Below the pieces are notes generated by a model, which was not told the DNA's origin, did not search any database, and saw only the letters and a list, made by a program, of their open reading frames with translations. Below, in pieces: positions 12,922-25,036 of a DNA stretch of 64,000 nt (within the stretch, counting starts at the first letter, position 1; each line of letters begins with the position of its first letter). This DNA is from Paramecium tetraurelia (lineage: Eukaryota). The DNA lies in NCBI GenBank assembly GCA_000165425.1, contig CT868675.1, positions 186,001-250,000 on the forward strand, written 5' to 3'. Made by a program: the position numbers and the translations under genes.

Positions 12922-14520
12922 ATGTATATATTTTTCTTTGCTTTTCGAGTCCTTTTGGCAGTATGAATACCTTATAATTCAAGATAATACCATAAGCACT
13001 TCCTTATGCTGATGAAATGTGGTAAGGCCCAGAAATAGCTCATAATGATGTTTTTGGATATGGATGGCTAACTTGGGAATGGACAAGGGACAAGCCATTG
13101 CGTGGCCCCATTTATCATAGCTTATTTAGTTTATTGTATTGGGTATTGAGTAAACTGAATTTAGATCATCCCTAAATGATTGCTTATGGTCCCAGAATGT
13201 ATGATATTCATATCTAGACATTTAGATTATAGTGTGCAATTTCAGCTATATATGATGTATATTTGATCAAGTTGCTCACATTAGAAGGAATAAGAAATAA
13301 AGCATATGTAATTTTGGTTAATTACACCCTTTGGTTTTCCTTGAATTGCTTTTCAAAAACACTTATCAACACTTTTGAAACTATTCTCTTTACATTAGCT
13401 TTATATAATTGGGTCTAATATTTATAAACTAATCACAATAAAAACAACTTGTTGTGTAGATTATTTGTTATTCTAAATGTTATGGCACGTCAATCAGCAA
13501 TAATTCCATGGATATTCATATGGGTAATTAAAATTCATAATTTCATAATAGCCTTATCATTTAATAACTGCAAAAACTAATCTAAAGGGAAGATTCGTGA
13601 TTTTAGTAATAAATGGAATCACTCTCTTACTACTATTTTTATTCTCTATTTCTATTGATTCATTATATCATGGCAAATTGACATCTACCTTTTACAATTT
13701 TTTGGAGTTTAATTTATTGTCAGGAATGAGTTCATTTTATGGAGTGCATGATAGATTATGGTTTATAACTTAAGGGTTACCATATGTACAACTTGGTTGG
13801 GTGGTCTCATTTCTTATTGGAATGTATAAATGATTATAAAAATAGATATTCTTACGCAAAAAAAGGGTTATTCAGTGCCTAACCATTACGATTACTGTAT
13901 TACATGATGTTCACTATTTTAATTTTGAGTCTATCAGCTCATAAAGAGGATAGGTTCTTACTTCCCTTGTTCCCTATCATTATATACTTTATTTGTTTAG
14001 GTCTGGAATATCTGGATAAAATTAACTGGAAAAAAATGAAATCGGTATTAATAATTTTGGCAATCATCTCTAACGTTTCATTCTTTGTTCTAATGAATAC
14101 TTATTAAGATGTAGGAGCCTTAAAGACTATGGCAGTTTTAAGGTAAAGGAATGCTACTGAAGTTTAATTTTTCACTCAATGTCACAGAACTCCATTTTAC
14201 AGTTTTATTCACCAGAATATTTCAATGACATTTCCTGACTGCTCCCCTACTAATGATGTTTCATCTTTAGAAACTTATCAATTGCATTAAGACTCTGCTA
14301 ATTATATTTAAAAGAAATTATAATAATCTAAATTGCCTTCTCACATTGTAATTTATAATTACTTGATGAATGAAAATGTTCAAAAATTATTAGATTAGTA
14401 TGATAAAGTAATTATATTTACTAAATTTAGATTGAATCAATTTACCATTAATATTATACAGATACCTATTTTGAGGATTAAAAAGACATTTATATACATA
14501 TATATGAATTGCACTAATGA
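12922..14520 (+). CDS. PIGB: GPI mannosyltransferase 3 (PIG-B/GPI10, glycosyltransferase family 22)
   Basis: ADEMWQGPEIAH..VFGYGWLTWEW..PLRG, KTLINTFET, FYGVHDRLWFITQGLP, SAHKEDRFLLP, CHRTPFYS; multi-TM. Confidence 0.9.
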
Positions 14521-14816
14521 ATTATATTTTGGTATATCAATAAATAAATAATTCTTTTTATTTCTAAACTAAATAATGAATCTATTAAAAATTAAATAAG
14601 TTCCTCAGCTTATTTTAGTTTAAATCAATAAAAATTAAAATCGTTTGTTTTGATACTTTGTCCTCAAAGATTTTTAACCTCATCTCCCAACATCTAAACA
14701 TAACGTAAAGTAAGTAAATCCATCAGAAATCAGATATAATATAGCAAAAACTTATAGTGACAATATAAAAATTGCGCCAATAAATTATATATATAAAAAA
14801 AACTTAACAAATTTAT

Positions 14817-15382
14817 TCATCTTTTTTTTTTCTTTTTTCTTTCTGATTTTAATGAAGTTATCCAATGAACTTATGATGGTCTAATTGTTCCTTGTCCTTC
14901 CTCTTTAAGACAATGTAAAAATTAATTGATGTTCTTTTCTTAAATTTCAAGATAGCCATCCTTAAGTACTTTAGGTAGTATGGTTCTTTCTTTTTTAACG
15001 CCCTTTTAAGGTTTCTGATCTTAATTTTAAGAGAATGAACGCTTTTTACTATACCTTAGGGAGGTTTCAAAAATTACAGATCCTAAATGTGGTTTAATTC
15101 CTATCCTATTGCGTATCAAGTGTTCATACTCTATTTAGATTGATGAGATACCATTGACATGTTTCCTAACTTTTCTATATCTTTAGTAGTATGTCTTTTC
15201 TCCATCGAAAGAGTTTTGCGACCAAAGCAACTTGGGATGTCATGAACAGTTTTATTTAGATCAGTGTTCTAAATTGGTTCTCGAAGTGTACTTATGAATG
15301 TGATGTTCACATTATTGAAGGAGGAATCCAATCGATTATGGTAATAGTCATTTATATTATGACTTCTAATTTAATTACTCAT
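14817..15382 (-). CDS. Hypothetical basic protein
   Basis: MSNQIRSHNINDYYHNRLDSSF...HWITSLKSERKKKKKR*, one 24-nt intron. ATG overlaps the upstream gene's TGA. Confidence 0.55.
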
Positions 15383-16939
15383 TATTATTTATATTGTAAT
15401 TCATAAATCTGTATTTCATTTGTTTCTCCAAACTTAATTAAATTTAATTTCCCATTAATAGTAAACAACTTGATATTCCACCTTGACTGCCTATTCTATT
15501 TCTCATCTTAAACATCTTGTAAACCATTTGAACTGATACTCAGACTCTTCCCATTAGCAAATGCTTTTAATTTTCCATTACCCTTATCAATACTGATCAC
15601 AATCAATTAATCCTTTGTAAGGATGGTATTCAATTATGAAATTTCACTCTCCAATCCTATTTCCATTATTTTCTTCATCTTTCTAGCTGTCTATAAAGGA
15701 ATCTCATCATATATTCTAATTGAATTCTACCCTGTCAACCACCCATTACTAAAAGATATCACCCTCAATCTCTCTTCAATTATCATCTACGATAGACTTG
15801 ATGTCTGTGCTAATTCGATCAAATTAACTATCTCTGCCTTACCAAAAGTCTGTAAATCGTCAAATATTTTAATGATACAGATTCTACCATCTATGCTTAG
15901 CGTATAAATGCATTTAGTCGAAACCTGAAATTGCATCTCAATAATTTCAATAGTTGGAATGGGCAGTATCTAATGAGGTTCTCCCTTAATTAAATTCCAA
16001 AAGAACATTTTTGAATCTCTTCCTAAACTTACAAATGTATTGATATCTCCCAATTAACATAAAAACCTCACACTTTTCTCATGTCCTGGAAATGTTTATA
16101 TCTTTTTTCCATTATATAAATCAAACAAATATATATTTGGATCGAATTCACTTCCTCCCAACAACATTAAATTAGAAGGTATCAGCTCCTTTTCTTTCTA
16201 TTTGTATAATTGCAAACAGGAACATGGTACGAATCTCATGGAATCTATTCTTTGTATCAATGAATTCAAATTTGCATCATACAGGAATAATTCATTCTCA
16301 TATGTTGCAATTAGCATTTGATCTTTATTCAATAAAGGAAAGATGTCGAATATTTGACTGCAATTAAGTATTTAGCACTCTTTAAATGCGATACTTTCAA
16401 CAGTATTAGCAAATCTACCTATTCTTCCATCTTTAAAACCTCCAACTACTTATTGAGATTATTTGAATTTATCTTTTAAAGAAATTGGATTAGGTAAAGA
16501 CACGGCTTCCCTTAAATTTTTCATGTACAATTCTGCTGCCTTCAATAATAGCTACATCACATCTAATAATGAGGACACTTATTAATCGGCATTTGTAGCT
16601 AGTTTATTCTCTTGTAAGCCACCAATAGAATTTGAAATTTATTCTCTCAGTGCTAATGTTTAATTACACATTACTTCTCAAATTTTAGTTGCCGTAGTTT
16701 TGAATCTCATCCCATAAATACTCATAATTTATGAATTGTTAGTCCTATTATTTGAAGTCTCTAATTTCTCTATAATTTAATCTGAACTCTTCAAAGTTTC
16801 TATCGAGTGTTTGGAACACATCCAGGGTTGATTAGTTGATGATGGTTTGAATCTTGTTGATGAGCACTTCATTCTATGTCTTAATAGCCTTCTGTAAAGT
16901 ATTAATCTAATCTTAATATTTCTTTTCTAATTCATCCAT
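15379..16939 (-). CDS. Coiled-coil plus WD40-repeat protein
   Basis: MDELEKKYQDQINTLQK... helical N-terminus followed by WD-like repeats (FPGHEKSVRFL..FVSLGRDSKMFFWN; YTLSIDGRICII); TGA 15379-15381. Confidence 0.75.
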
Positions 16940-16962
16940 TTTCTGATATTATTATTTTTAAA

Positions 16963-18704
16963 ATGAGTGACGAGGAAATCGAAATAATAAGGTCAGAAGA
17001 AGAATTTTAGAGGCAAAACAAATTGATCTTAAGTCTCCAAACCGAATCTGCCGTACATATATTTTATCTATAATTTCCACTAGAGATTGTATTAGGTTGA
17101 AAAACAGCTGCGTAAAGAAATATAATAATTGCACCAGAAATTAAAAAATATTGAGATGGACAACGCAACATCGTCTTATGAGAACAAGAATTGGAGTATT
17201 CTTATCGATTAAATTTAGGGGCTCAGTTGGAGAGTAATTTAAAAAAATCCGAAGCACAAAATATTTAATATGAACTCGATTTAAAGAGCATAAACAAAAA
17301 GTAAGAGAAAGACAGACTGGAGATTTTAAATTTAAAACAGCAATTGCAAGAATCCCAAAACACCATTGAGAAGGACTAACAAATAGAAAATCTCTAAAAA
17401 GAGTTATTTGGTTTAAATGAAAAAATAAATGAGTTAAATTAGGACCATAAATAACATACTGATGGATTAGATAAGCAATTGGAAGCTACTAAATTATAAT
17501 TGAAATAGGAATAACAAAATTCAGTATCTTTGTCGGATAAAGTCAGAGAATTGTAAGATGACATAGCAAAATTAAAAGAAATAAATTCATAAATGGTCAC
17601 ATAAATAGAATCTTTAAATTCAGAAAAGATATAAATGATCAATCAGAACGATGAAATGCATACAAAATTAAATTAAGCGTTAATTGAGAATCAAAATCTT
17701 TAGAATTAATTTGGTTTTTCATAATCTCAACATTAAGAGACCCAATATCTTTTACAAAAGATGGCGGCTGAATCTTAGTAATAGTATGAGGAGAAGAGAC
17801 AAGCCTTTTAAAGATAGTACGAATAACTTAATAAATAAAATTAAGAAATGTCTATTTAATTAGAAGAAATCAAATAAGAGAGGGCTCAATTATTAAAGTT
17901 AGTTAATGAATTAAATGGTCTTAATAGTTCTCTGGCATAAAAAGAAGCCCTCATCAAAGATATGATTGATAAATTACAAATATCTGAATCTGAAAGAATC
18001 AAAGTGGAAAAAGAATTGCAAGATGTAATACAAAATCATTAAGTTATAAATTCTAAGAAGGATACTGAGATATTAAGACTAAAAACTAAAATTTAAGAAT
18101 TGGATGCTAGTAGAGAAAAGTACTAAAAAATTAAGATCAAATTGGATGAAACAATTCAGAATTTATTTTTATAATTGGATAATTCGCAAATCGATATCAA
18201 AAATCTTAAGGATTAGGTTAATAGATTACAAGATGAACTGTCATAGTAATAAATTGAGAAGGAGGGTTACCTCAATTAAATAGAAGATCTTAAATAACAA
18301 TATGAAAGCATTCAACAAGTTAATATTGATTAATAAAAAATATTTTAACAGGGTTATAATTAAAATTAACAAATCAATTAGAAAAACAAAAAGAATGTTA
18401 ATAAATATAAACAGTTATAAGAGTAATTAGTTGAATAATAATAACAATTAGATTAGATTTTGAAATGTAATTCTATTTTTTATTTTTAGAGGGCCTACCA
18501 GAGACTTTAGGTTTTATAATCTAATTAATTGAATCCAAAATACAAGAATTTTAGAAGCAAGATGAACAGAACCAAGATGCTCAGTAACAAGATTTTAAAA
18601 AAATTACCTAAGATTTCATTAGAGAACATATAGGTTACTTTTTCATAAGAATGAATCAAGTTTTAGAAAAAGTGTAAATTAAATTCGTTCATACTGTTCA
18701 ATGA
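16963..18704 (+). CDS. Long coiled-coil protein
   Basis: MSDEEIEIIRSEEEF...; E/Q/K/L heptad-rich open frame in code 6 with small introns; TGA 18702-18704. Confidence 0.75.
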
Positions 18705-18783
18705 ATAAGTTAAAGAAATGAACACCTATAATTTTATTAAATTTCTAAATCTTTATTTTACAAATTTAGTTAGATAAATATAA

Positions 18784-19671
18784 TCAAATCAATTTAAATA
18801 AAATTATCACTAATATTAAAACTATCAAACCAATCAATATTAATGAACCCTTATCTTTTTGGTAGCATATTCCATTGATCAGTGAGTTAATTCCTTCAAA
18901 TTGCCCTATTCATCAACAAATATTATACTTAAGTAGTCTGCGGCTTTGTTTGAGATGGAAGCCACTCTATATTCTTAACCCTAAAGAGTCTGATGTAATG
19001 TTGAGGCCTTATCAAGAACATAAGATGCCTGATTCACTCCAATTGACAAATAGTCATTTAGTTGGTAATCTCGTTTATACTTTTAATTTCCTGTTGTATT
19101 TTGGTTTTTTAATGCTTCTTTAAATAGTTCATATTTTTAGATATTTATTTTCATTGCTTACTATTTATGCTTTCATGTAGTACTTTCAATTTAAAAACTT
19201 CCTTTTCATGTTCTCTATGAATTTCTTTGAATCTTCTTAACATATTATTTTTGAGTTTTGCTTAGACCTCTTCTGGACTGACTGTATAATCTATGAGCAT
19301 TCGAGACATTGTACTCATTATCAAATTTAGTTCATCAAAAGAGTCTCATACTTTTTAATCTCAATCGACTAAAAGTATTCTCGATTATCTTTTTCATCCG
19401 CTGCACAATTGGATCTGATTTTCTACAATCTAATCAATATAGAATACTCTATCTAAATTAATTTGCTTCCAATATCACTATGCATTTGATTAATCTATTT
19501 CAATGATGTTTATAACTAATTTTCTTCCTGATAGTATTATTTCTTGAATTCCTCCCAATCAACAAATTAATTATCTTTTTCAATTAAATAGGCTGTTTCT
19601 CTTAATCATATTATTTTTTATTCATATATATGTAATAAGCAAATTAAATAAAATATTTACCTATATTACAT
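18784..19671 (-). CDS. Golgi Qb-SNARE, GOS28/GOSR1-like (gene model has anomalies; possibly decaying)
   Basis: N-terminal DWEEFKKQYYQEENQL, MLRRFKEIHREH, a SNARE motif ending ISNKAADYLRQFEGINSLINGICYQKDKGSLIL and a C-terminal TM. These resemble GOS28 WEDLRKQARQLENEL / RFPAVNSLIQRINLRKRRDSLIL. Confidence 0.7.
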
Positions 19672-19960
19672 AAAAATTAGGTGTAATTAAAATAGAATTC
19701 TACGCTATTTATAATATTAAATTAAATCGAAAAAATAATAGATATGTTGTCTTTCATATTTGATGAAATAAAATTTTTCTATTTTCTTATGTTTTAGGAA
19801 GTATTAACTTATTAAACATAATAATATAATTTATTTGTAATGAAATTTAATTCATTATAAAGATTTAATATTAAAAGAAATACAAATAAGTTTACTATTT
19901 TGAATTATATTAATTTACATGATAACATAAAATAATGTATAATTTTATTTAATAATGGAA

Positions 19961-22457
19961 TCAACTGATTAATTCTTCTTATTTATTTTATTATTCTTCT
20001 TATGCTTTTTATTATTCTCCTTATTAATCTTCTTATTTTTCTCCTTCTTATTCTACTTATTTTTCTCCTTCTTATTCTACTTATTTTTCTCCTTATTATT
20101 CTTCTTATTTTTCTCCTTATTAATCTTCTTATTTTTCCACTTATTATTCTTCTTATTATTATTCTCCTTATTGTTATTGTTCCTCTGGTGAATTAATTAT
20201 TTCAACTTTTACGTCTTATACTTCAACCTTCAAGTTCTCATGTGTTTCAACCTACTATTTCTCTTCAATTTTTTCTGTAGTTTCATTTAATTATTAATCT
20301 TATTTAACTTATTCATGATGATCAACTTGATGTTTATGGGTGTCATCATGTGATCCCTTTCTGCCAGGTTCTTGATGCTCCAAACCCTCATGAGCCTTCC
20401 AATATTTATTAACAGTTTGATCGGTGATAATTTCACTAGCTTAAGGAGATGTCTTTAAGTTTTACTCTTGGAATTGAATGATTTATTCAACTAAAATAAC
20501 AAATGATTTGATTACCAACTTTAGGACTTGTCTCTGGACTATTAATGAATTTCTCAATTTCTTCAACATCTATCAACATTTCAGGTTTCTTAGAGTTGCC
20601 ATCTTAGAATTATTCAGTTTCATCATCTTCCCTATGATGACACATAATATTTTCCTCATTTTCATCGGTATTTTATTCTTCTTCTGTTTCTTCTTCAACC
20701 TCAACAGTTAGCTATTGATCTTATTATTGAATTTATGGTTATTGATTGCTTTGAGAGTATTTGTTTTTTGAAAAGTTCTAAGGATTTAATGAATAAAAAA
20801 TACTTTAAACATTTCATTCATGTTATCATCACCGGTATCTATGGGGATCTTGGGTTTTGGATTAACTCCCAGCATGAATTGATTTTCAATTGTCCTAACA
20901 GGTTCGAGTACTTTTTCAACATATTGATTCCATTCTTGGTTGTTCTCAAATTTGTTAATGAAATAATAGGCAATTTTACTGAGGATTCCCACATAGCCTC
21001 TTGTAATTTATGAATTCATGGCTCCGATGATCTCCTTATCATATCTATTGTGCTTCATAATGAATGATAAGAGACCAAGTGAGAGGAACTCTTCTTAAAT
21101 GGCCTCGAATTGAGGTCTGTCAAAGATGAAGATTGTAATTTCGTAGAAGTGATTTTGCAATTGATTGTTGAATTCGTATTCAATAACAAACTTCATGAGA
21201 GATTCATAGATTCCTTTATGATCAAATTGATTGATCCACTGAACATTATTGATTCTCAATATGGATAGGTACAATTGAATCAATTTCAACTTCATTTGAC
21301 TGAAGGGCTGTTGTGAAATTCCATAGGTGGTATTGAAGGCACCTTGAATAAGGAGAAAGAATTACTGATGGATATCTTTTCAGCTAACAAGGCATTCTTG
21401 AACTCTTAGGCGATGGGGTAGAACTAGTTATAATCAAAAGTATAGGCGGGATTCTTCTCCTATTGTTATTAGACGTATCGGTGAATGGATTCAATTAATG
21501 TGATTAGGACTGAAACTACAGTGGCTGAACTGGAATTTAACTATGATTATATTGAACAAATAGTTACGGCAATGGCGAAGAATTTTTCAGGGATGTTAAG
21601 GACTTAAAGGAACAATTCTGACTTATTGAGGATTTCAATGATTATGTGACTGCAATTGTCAGTGATGTCATTTTGATGAGTTTTATATTCGAAGACTCTA
21701 ATCACTCGACGTAAGAGTTCGCTTCTCTCTTCGAGGAAGTTAGTCTGATTGTCGGATTGTTCTTGATTGGTGTCTAGTATGATCAACTTTTCAATGATTT
21801 CAGCAACATGGAACACATCCAAGTTCTTAATTAAATTACTTAAAATTGATTTATGAATTGGCAGAGAAAGGAATCTCCACAACTAATATGTTTATGCACA
21901 ATATATACATCGAAACCTCTTCTTCTGATGATTGCACACACTACTTTGGATAGATAACTGGCGAGAGTCACATTCAAGTAATCCCTATCCAAGATATCGA
22001 AAATCTTGGGCAGGAATTCCTGTCTACGTTGTTCATTCTTCTCATAATTCGGACTCGATTTATCTGCTTCGAATAGATAATCAATGATGGGACCATTCTC
22101 ATTTCCTATTGCTTCACTTATCATAAAGGGGTATCTTATGATGTGTTAGTTTAATCATCTTACCTAATCTAAGTTTTCTCGTTATACTCCTCATACTCAT
22201 TGACACTCAAGTACCCTATCATCTTACTAAAAGTATCAATATTCTTTGTCACACTCTAATAAATCAAAATTCTTACAAATTTCCAAACTTTTGAGCTCCA
22301 TTCATTTTGATTTCTTGTAAAGTGTCATCGTCAAGAATTGTCTCCAAGGTACAGTTTTCTTGAGCCAATAGAGGGTCTAACACCGAACCAAAACCAGCGA
22401 AGAATCGCTAGAAGCTTAAAAAATACAACCTATAAAATCTTACTTGAAGAACATCAT
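19961..22457 (-). CDS. SIT4 phosphatase-associated protein (SAPS / PP6 regulatory subunit)
   Basis: MMFFNF..LDPLLAQENCTLETILDDDTLQEIK, YPFMISE, LNVTLASYLSKV, YEFNNQLQ; acidic Q/E-rich C-terminus. Confidence 0.85.
20008..20175 (-). repeat. 24-bp coding minisatellite (about 6-7 units) encoding Q(E/V)(E/D)Q(Q/E)GEK in the SAPS tail
   Basis: Units such as cttatttttctccttcttattcta at 20032, 20056, 20080, 20104 and 20128. Confidence 0.85.
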
Positions 22458-22534
22458 TTTTATTTAATTATAATAGGAGAAAATATTCGTTTCTATTATA
22501 AATTAATAGTTAATAATAAAAACACAATAAAATA

Positions 22535-24959
22535 ATGTAGAAAGACGAAACCTATATCAGGACTCCCCCCATTCGAAAACTCAATAATGGACTCGCCATC
22601 TAATAGAAAATCAATCAATTAAACAAGTAGGGCAGCATTAAATTCTCTGAATTGACCAAAGAATAACCATCCAATTAAAAAATATCTTATCGACGACAAA
22701 GTCAACCTCGAAAACCGGTTCATCGATTACAATAAGGTATCTGCTTCCTCTTCTCTCACTTTAGCCATTTCAATGCAAAGAAATCTTTCACAAGAACCCT
22801 AAACTAATGGCACTTACAGTGTAGTTTTTGCTAATAGTGCCCCTCAAAAGAGAGATAAGAGGAAAGTGTAAACTACCAACTGCGATTAAATTGAAGAATT
22901 TAAAAATAGTTAAGTTCGATTAGTCAAAGGTTTTTATCCTTCTGATATCAATAATACCAAACTGATTTTAACGAACATTTTGCAGGGAATGCAACAGAGA
23001 ATTTCAGCTGAAAAAACTTTTGGAGTTATGGGGCTACAAGTAGTTCCATTCAATAAAATAATGGAATCAAATACCAGTACTGTATTAACCTAACAGACAA
23101 TAAGATTAAAGGCTTTATCTCATGATAAAGACAGAGAAAAGTCGCAATCATTTACTGAAGAGGTAGAAAAGAAAACCAAATGCAAAATTCCACAAAAATG
23201 CAAATTAAAACACTCTATTAATTCTAACAATGCCAGTCCAGTCCCACCAAAAGTTATCGCTCCACAAAGCAGTTCTACATAAATTAATAATTTCAAATTT
23301 TCATTAACTGATTATGCATCACTATCCAGAGAATAGTTATTCCAAACTAAATTGTAAAACTATTAGCATTTCTTGTTTTTGGTTTCCACTTAGAGTGGGT
23401 TCTACACAGTACCATAGGATTGTTTGATTGATTTGAAATTTAAAATAGGCAGGGGCAACAATTCACTTCTTATCAAAGAAATATTTAAATTGAGATGGTG
23501 GTGGAATTGCTATAAGTACAGTGAATTGATTGATTCTGAAAGTAATTTCATTTGGACTTAGATTAAAGTTTAGAATTACATGGACACTTAAAATCTATCA
23601 ACCAATGAAATTAAGTCCTACATGAGAAAGAAAATTAATCCCCCTTAATCACAAACTCAAATAAAGAAGAAAATTCAAATTGATCACTTATTGAGATTAA
23701 TGAATGATGATTCAGATTATAAACAAATAGAAAGAAATCAAAAAGCGTACTTTAAATTGATAAACCAGAAAGGATTCACGATATTGAATGTTCATCCAAA
23801 TTTGAAGGTAATTCAATCATAATTAAATATAGATTCATAATCATATAGAAAAGAATTATCATTTGGGAAACAAGAAAGCACTATATCACAATCTCAAAAG
23901 ATACTATGAATTGACTAAGTAGGATTTACATTCCATAATCCCAATGACATTCCACGTGCAAAAGGGATCTAAAGACAAGGTCTACTTATAATTCTTAGAA
24001 AATTACAAGAAACTTCCAAAGTAATTATAAATTTACTATCTAGAGGCTCTACTTGGATAGTCAAGCCTGGTGAATTTACAAACAGAGGAACTGGAATCAT
24101 AGTTTGTCAAAATTTATCTGAGATAAACAAAATCATATCTAAAAAGCAAGTGCATCCAAATGGAAAGCCATTTACATATTTAATTCAAAGGTACATTGAG
24201 AAACCATTTCTTTATAACAAAAGAAAATTTGATATCAGGTGTTACTTTCTTATCACTTAATTGAATAACATTTTTAGAGCTTATTGGTATGAAGATGGAT
24301 ACATAAGAACTTCATCAGAGGAATTCGATCTTGATGACCCTGCTAATCTTTATGTTCATTTAACAAATGATGCGATCTAGAAATATGCTGATACTTATGG
24401 GAAATATGAGAATGGCAATAAATTATCTTTATCTGAATTTCAACGTTATTTGGAGAATTAATCAAAGAAGTATAACTTTTACAAAGACTTATATCCTCAA
24501 TTGATTGAGATAGCTACAATTAGCATCAAATCAGTTTATTGTAAGTTGGCTCCACATAAAAAGGAGTTTAATTTCGAGATTTTTGGATTGGATTTTATGA
24601 TTGATTCACAATTCAAACCATACTTAATTGAAATTAACACTAATCCTTGTTTGGAAACTAGTAGTCCAATTTTGTAGAGAATAATACCTTAGATGGTTGA
24701 AAATGCTATGAGACTGTCTATAGATACGATAATCCCACCACCAGATGCATCTGTATGGCCACCTTGTAAAAAGCATCTTATTTTTTATGATAACTTATTG
24801 GAAAATAATAAATTTCAATTGATCTTTGATGAGAGAGAAGATTCAGAAGAATTGATAAAATTATATGGTGGATTGTTGCAACATGATGAAATAGATGAAA
24901 TGGATGAAGAAGAAGAGGAGTATTAGAGTGATGATGAAAATGAAAAAAATGAGTAGTGA
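22535..24959 (+). CDS. Tubulin-tyrosine ligase-like (TTLL) enzyme
   Basis: WIVKPGEFTNRGTGI, IQRYIEKPFLYNKRKFDIRCY, HLTNDAIQKY, FEIFGLDFMID, LIEINTNPCL; long low-complexity N-terminus. Confidence 0.9.
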
Positions 24960-25036
24960 TATATTTATTCTAATGATTTTTTTTAAATTAATATTACTTA
25001 AATGTTTGGAAGAACCATGATTATTAATTAAAAACA

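Noticed and set aside
14771..14781. Another GCGCCAA E2F-like word
   Set aside because: Lies between two convergent 3' ends, not in a promoter.
20008..20175. CRISPR-like repeat array
   Set aside because: Head-to-tail repeats with no unique spacers, inside a eukaryotic CDS.
20002..20196. Leu/Ile-rich membrane-like ORF in the track (also 9174-9365, 17439-17642, 40983-41186, 48790-49346)
   Set aside because: Antisense shadows of E/Q/K-rich genes on the other strand; artefacts of using the wrong genetic code.
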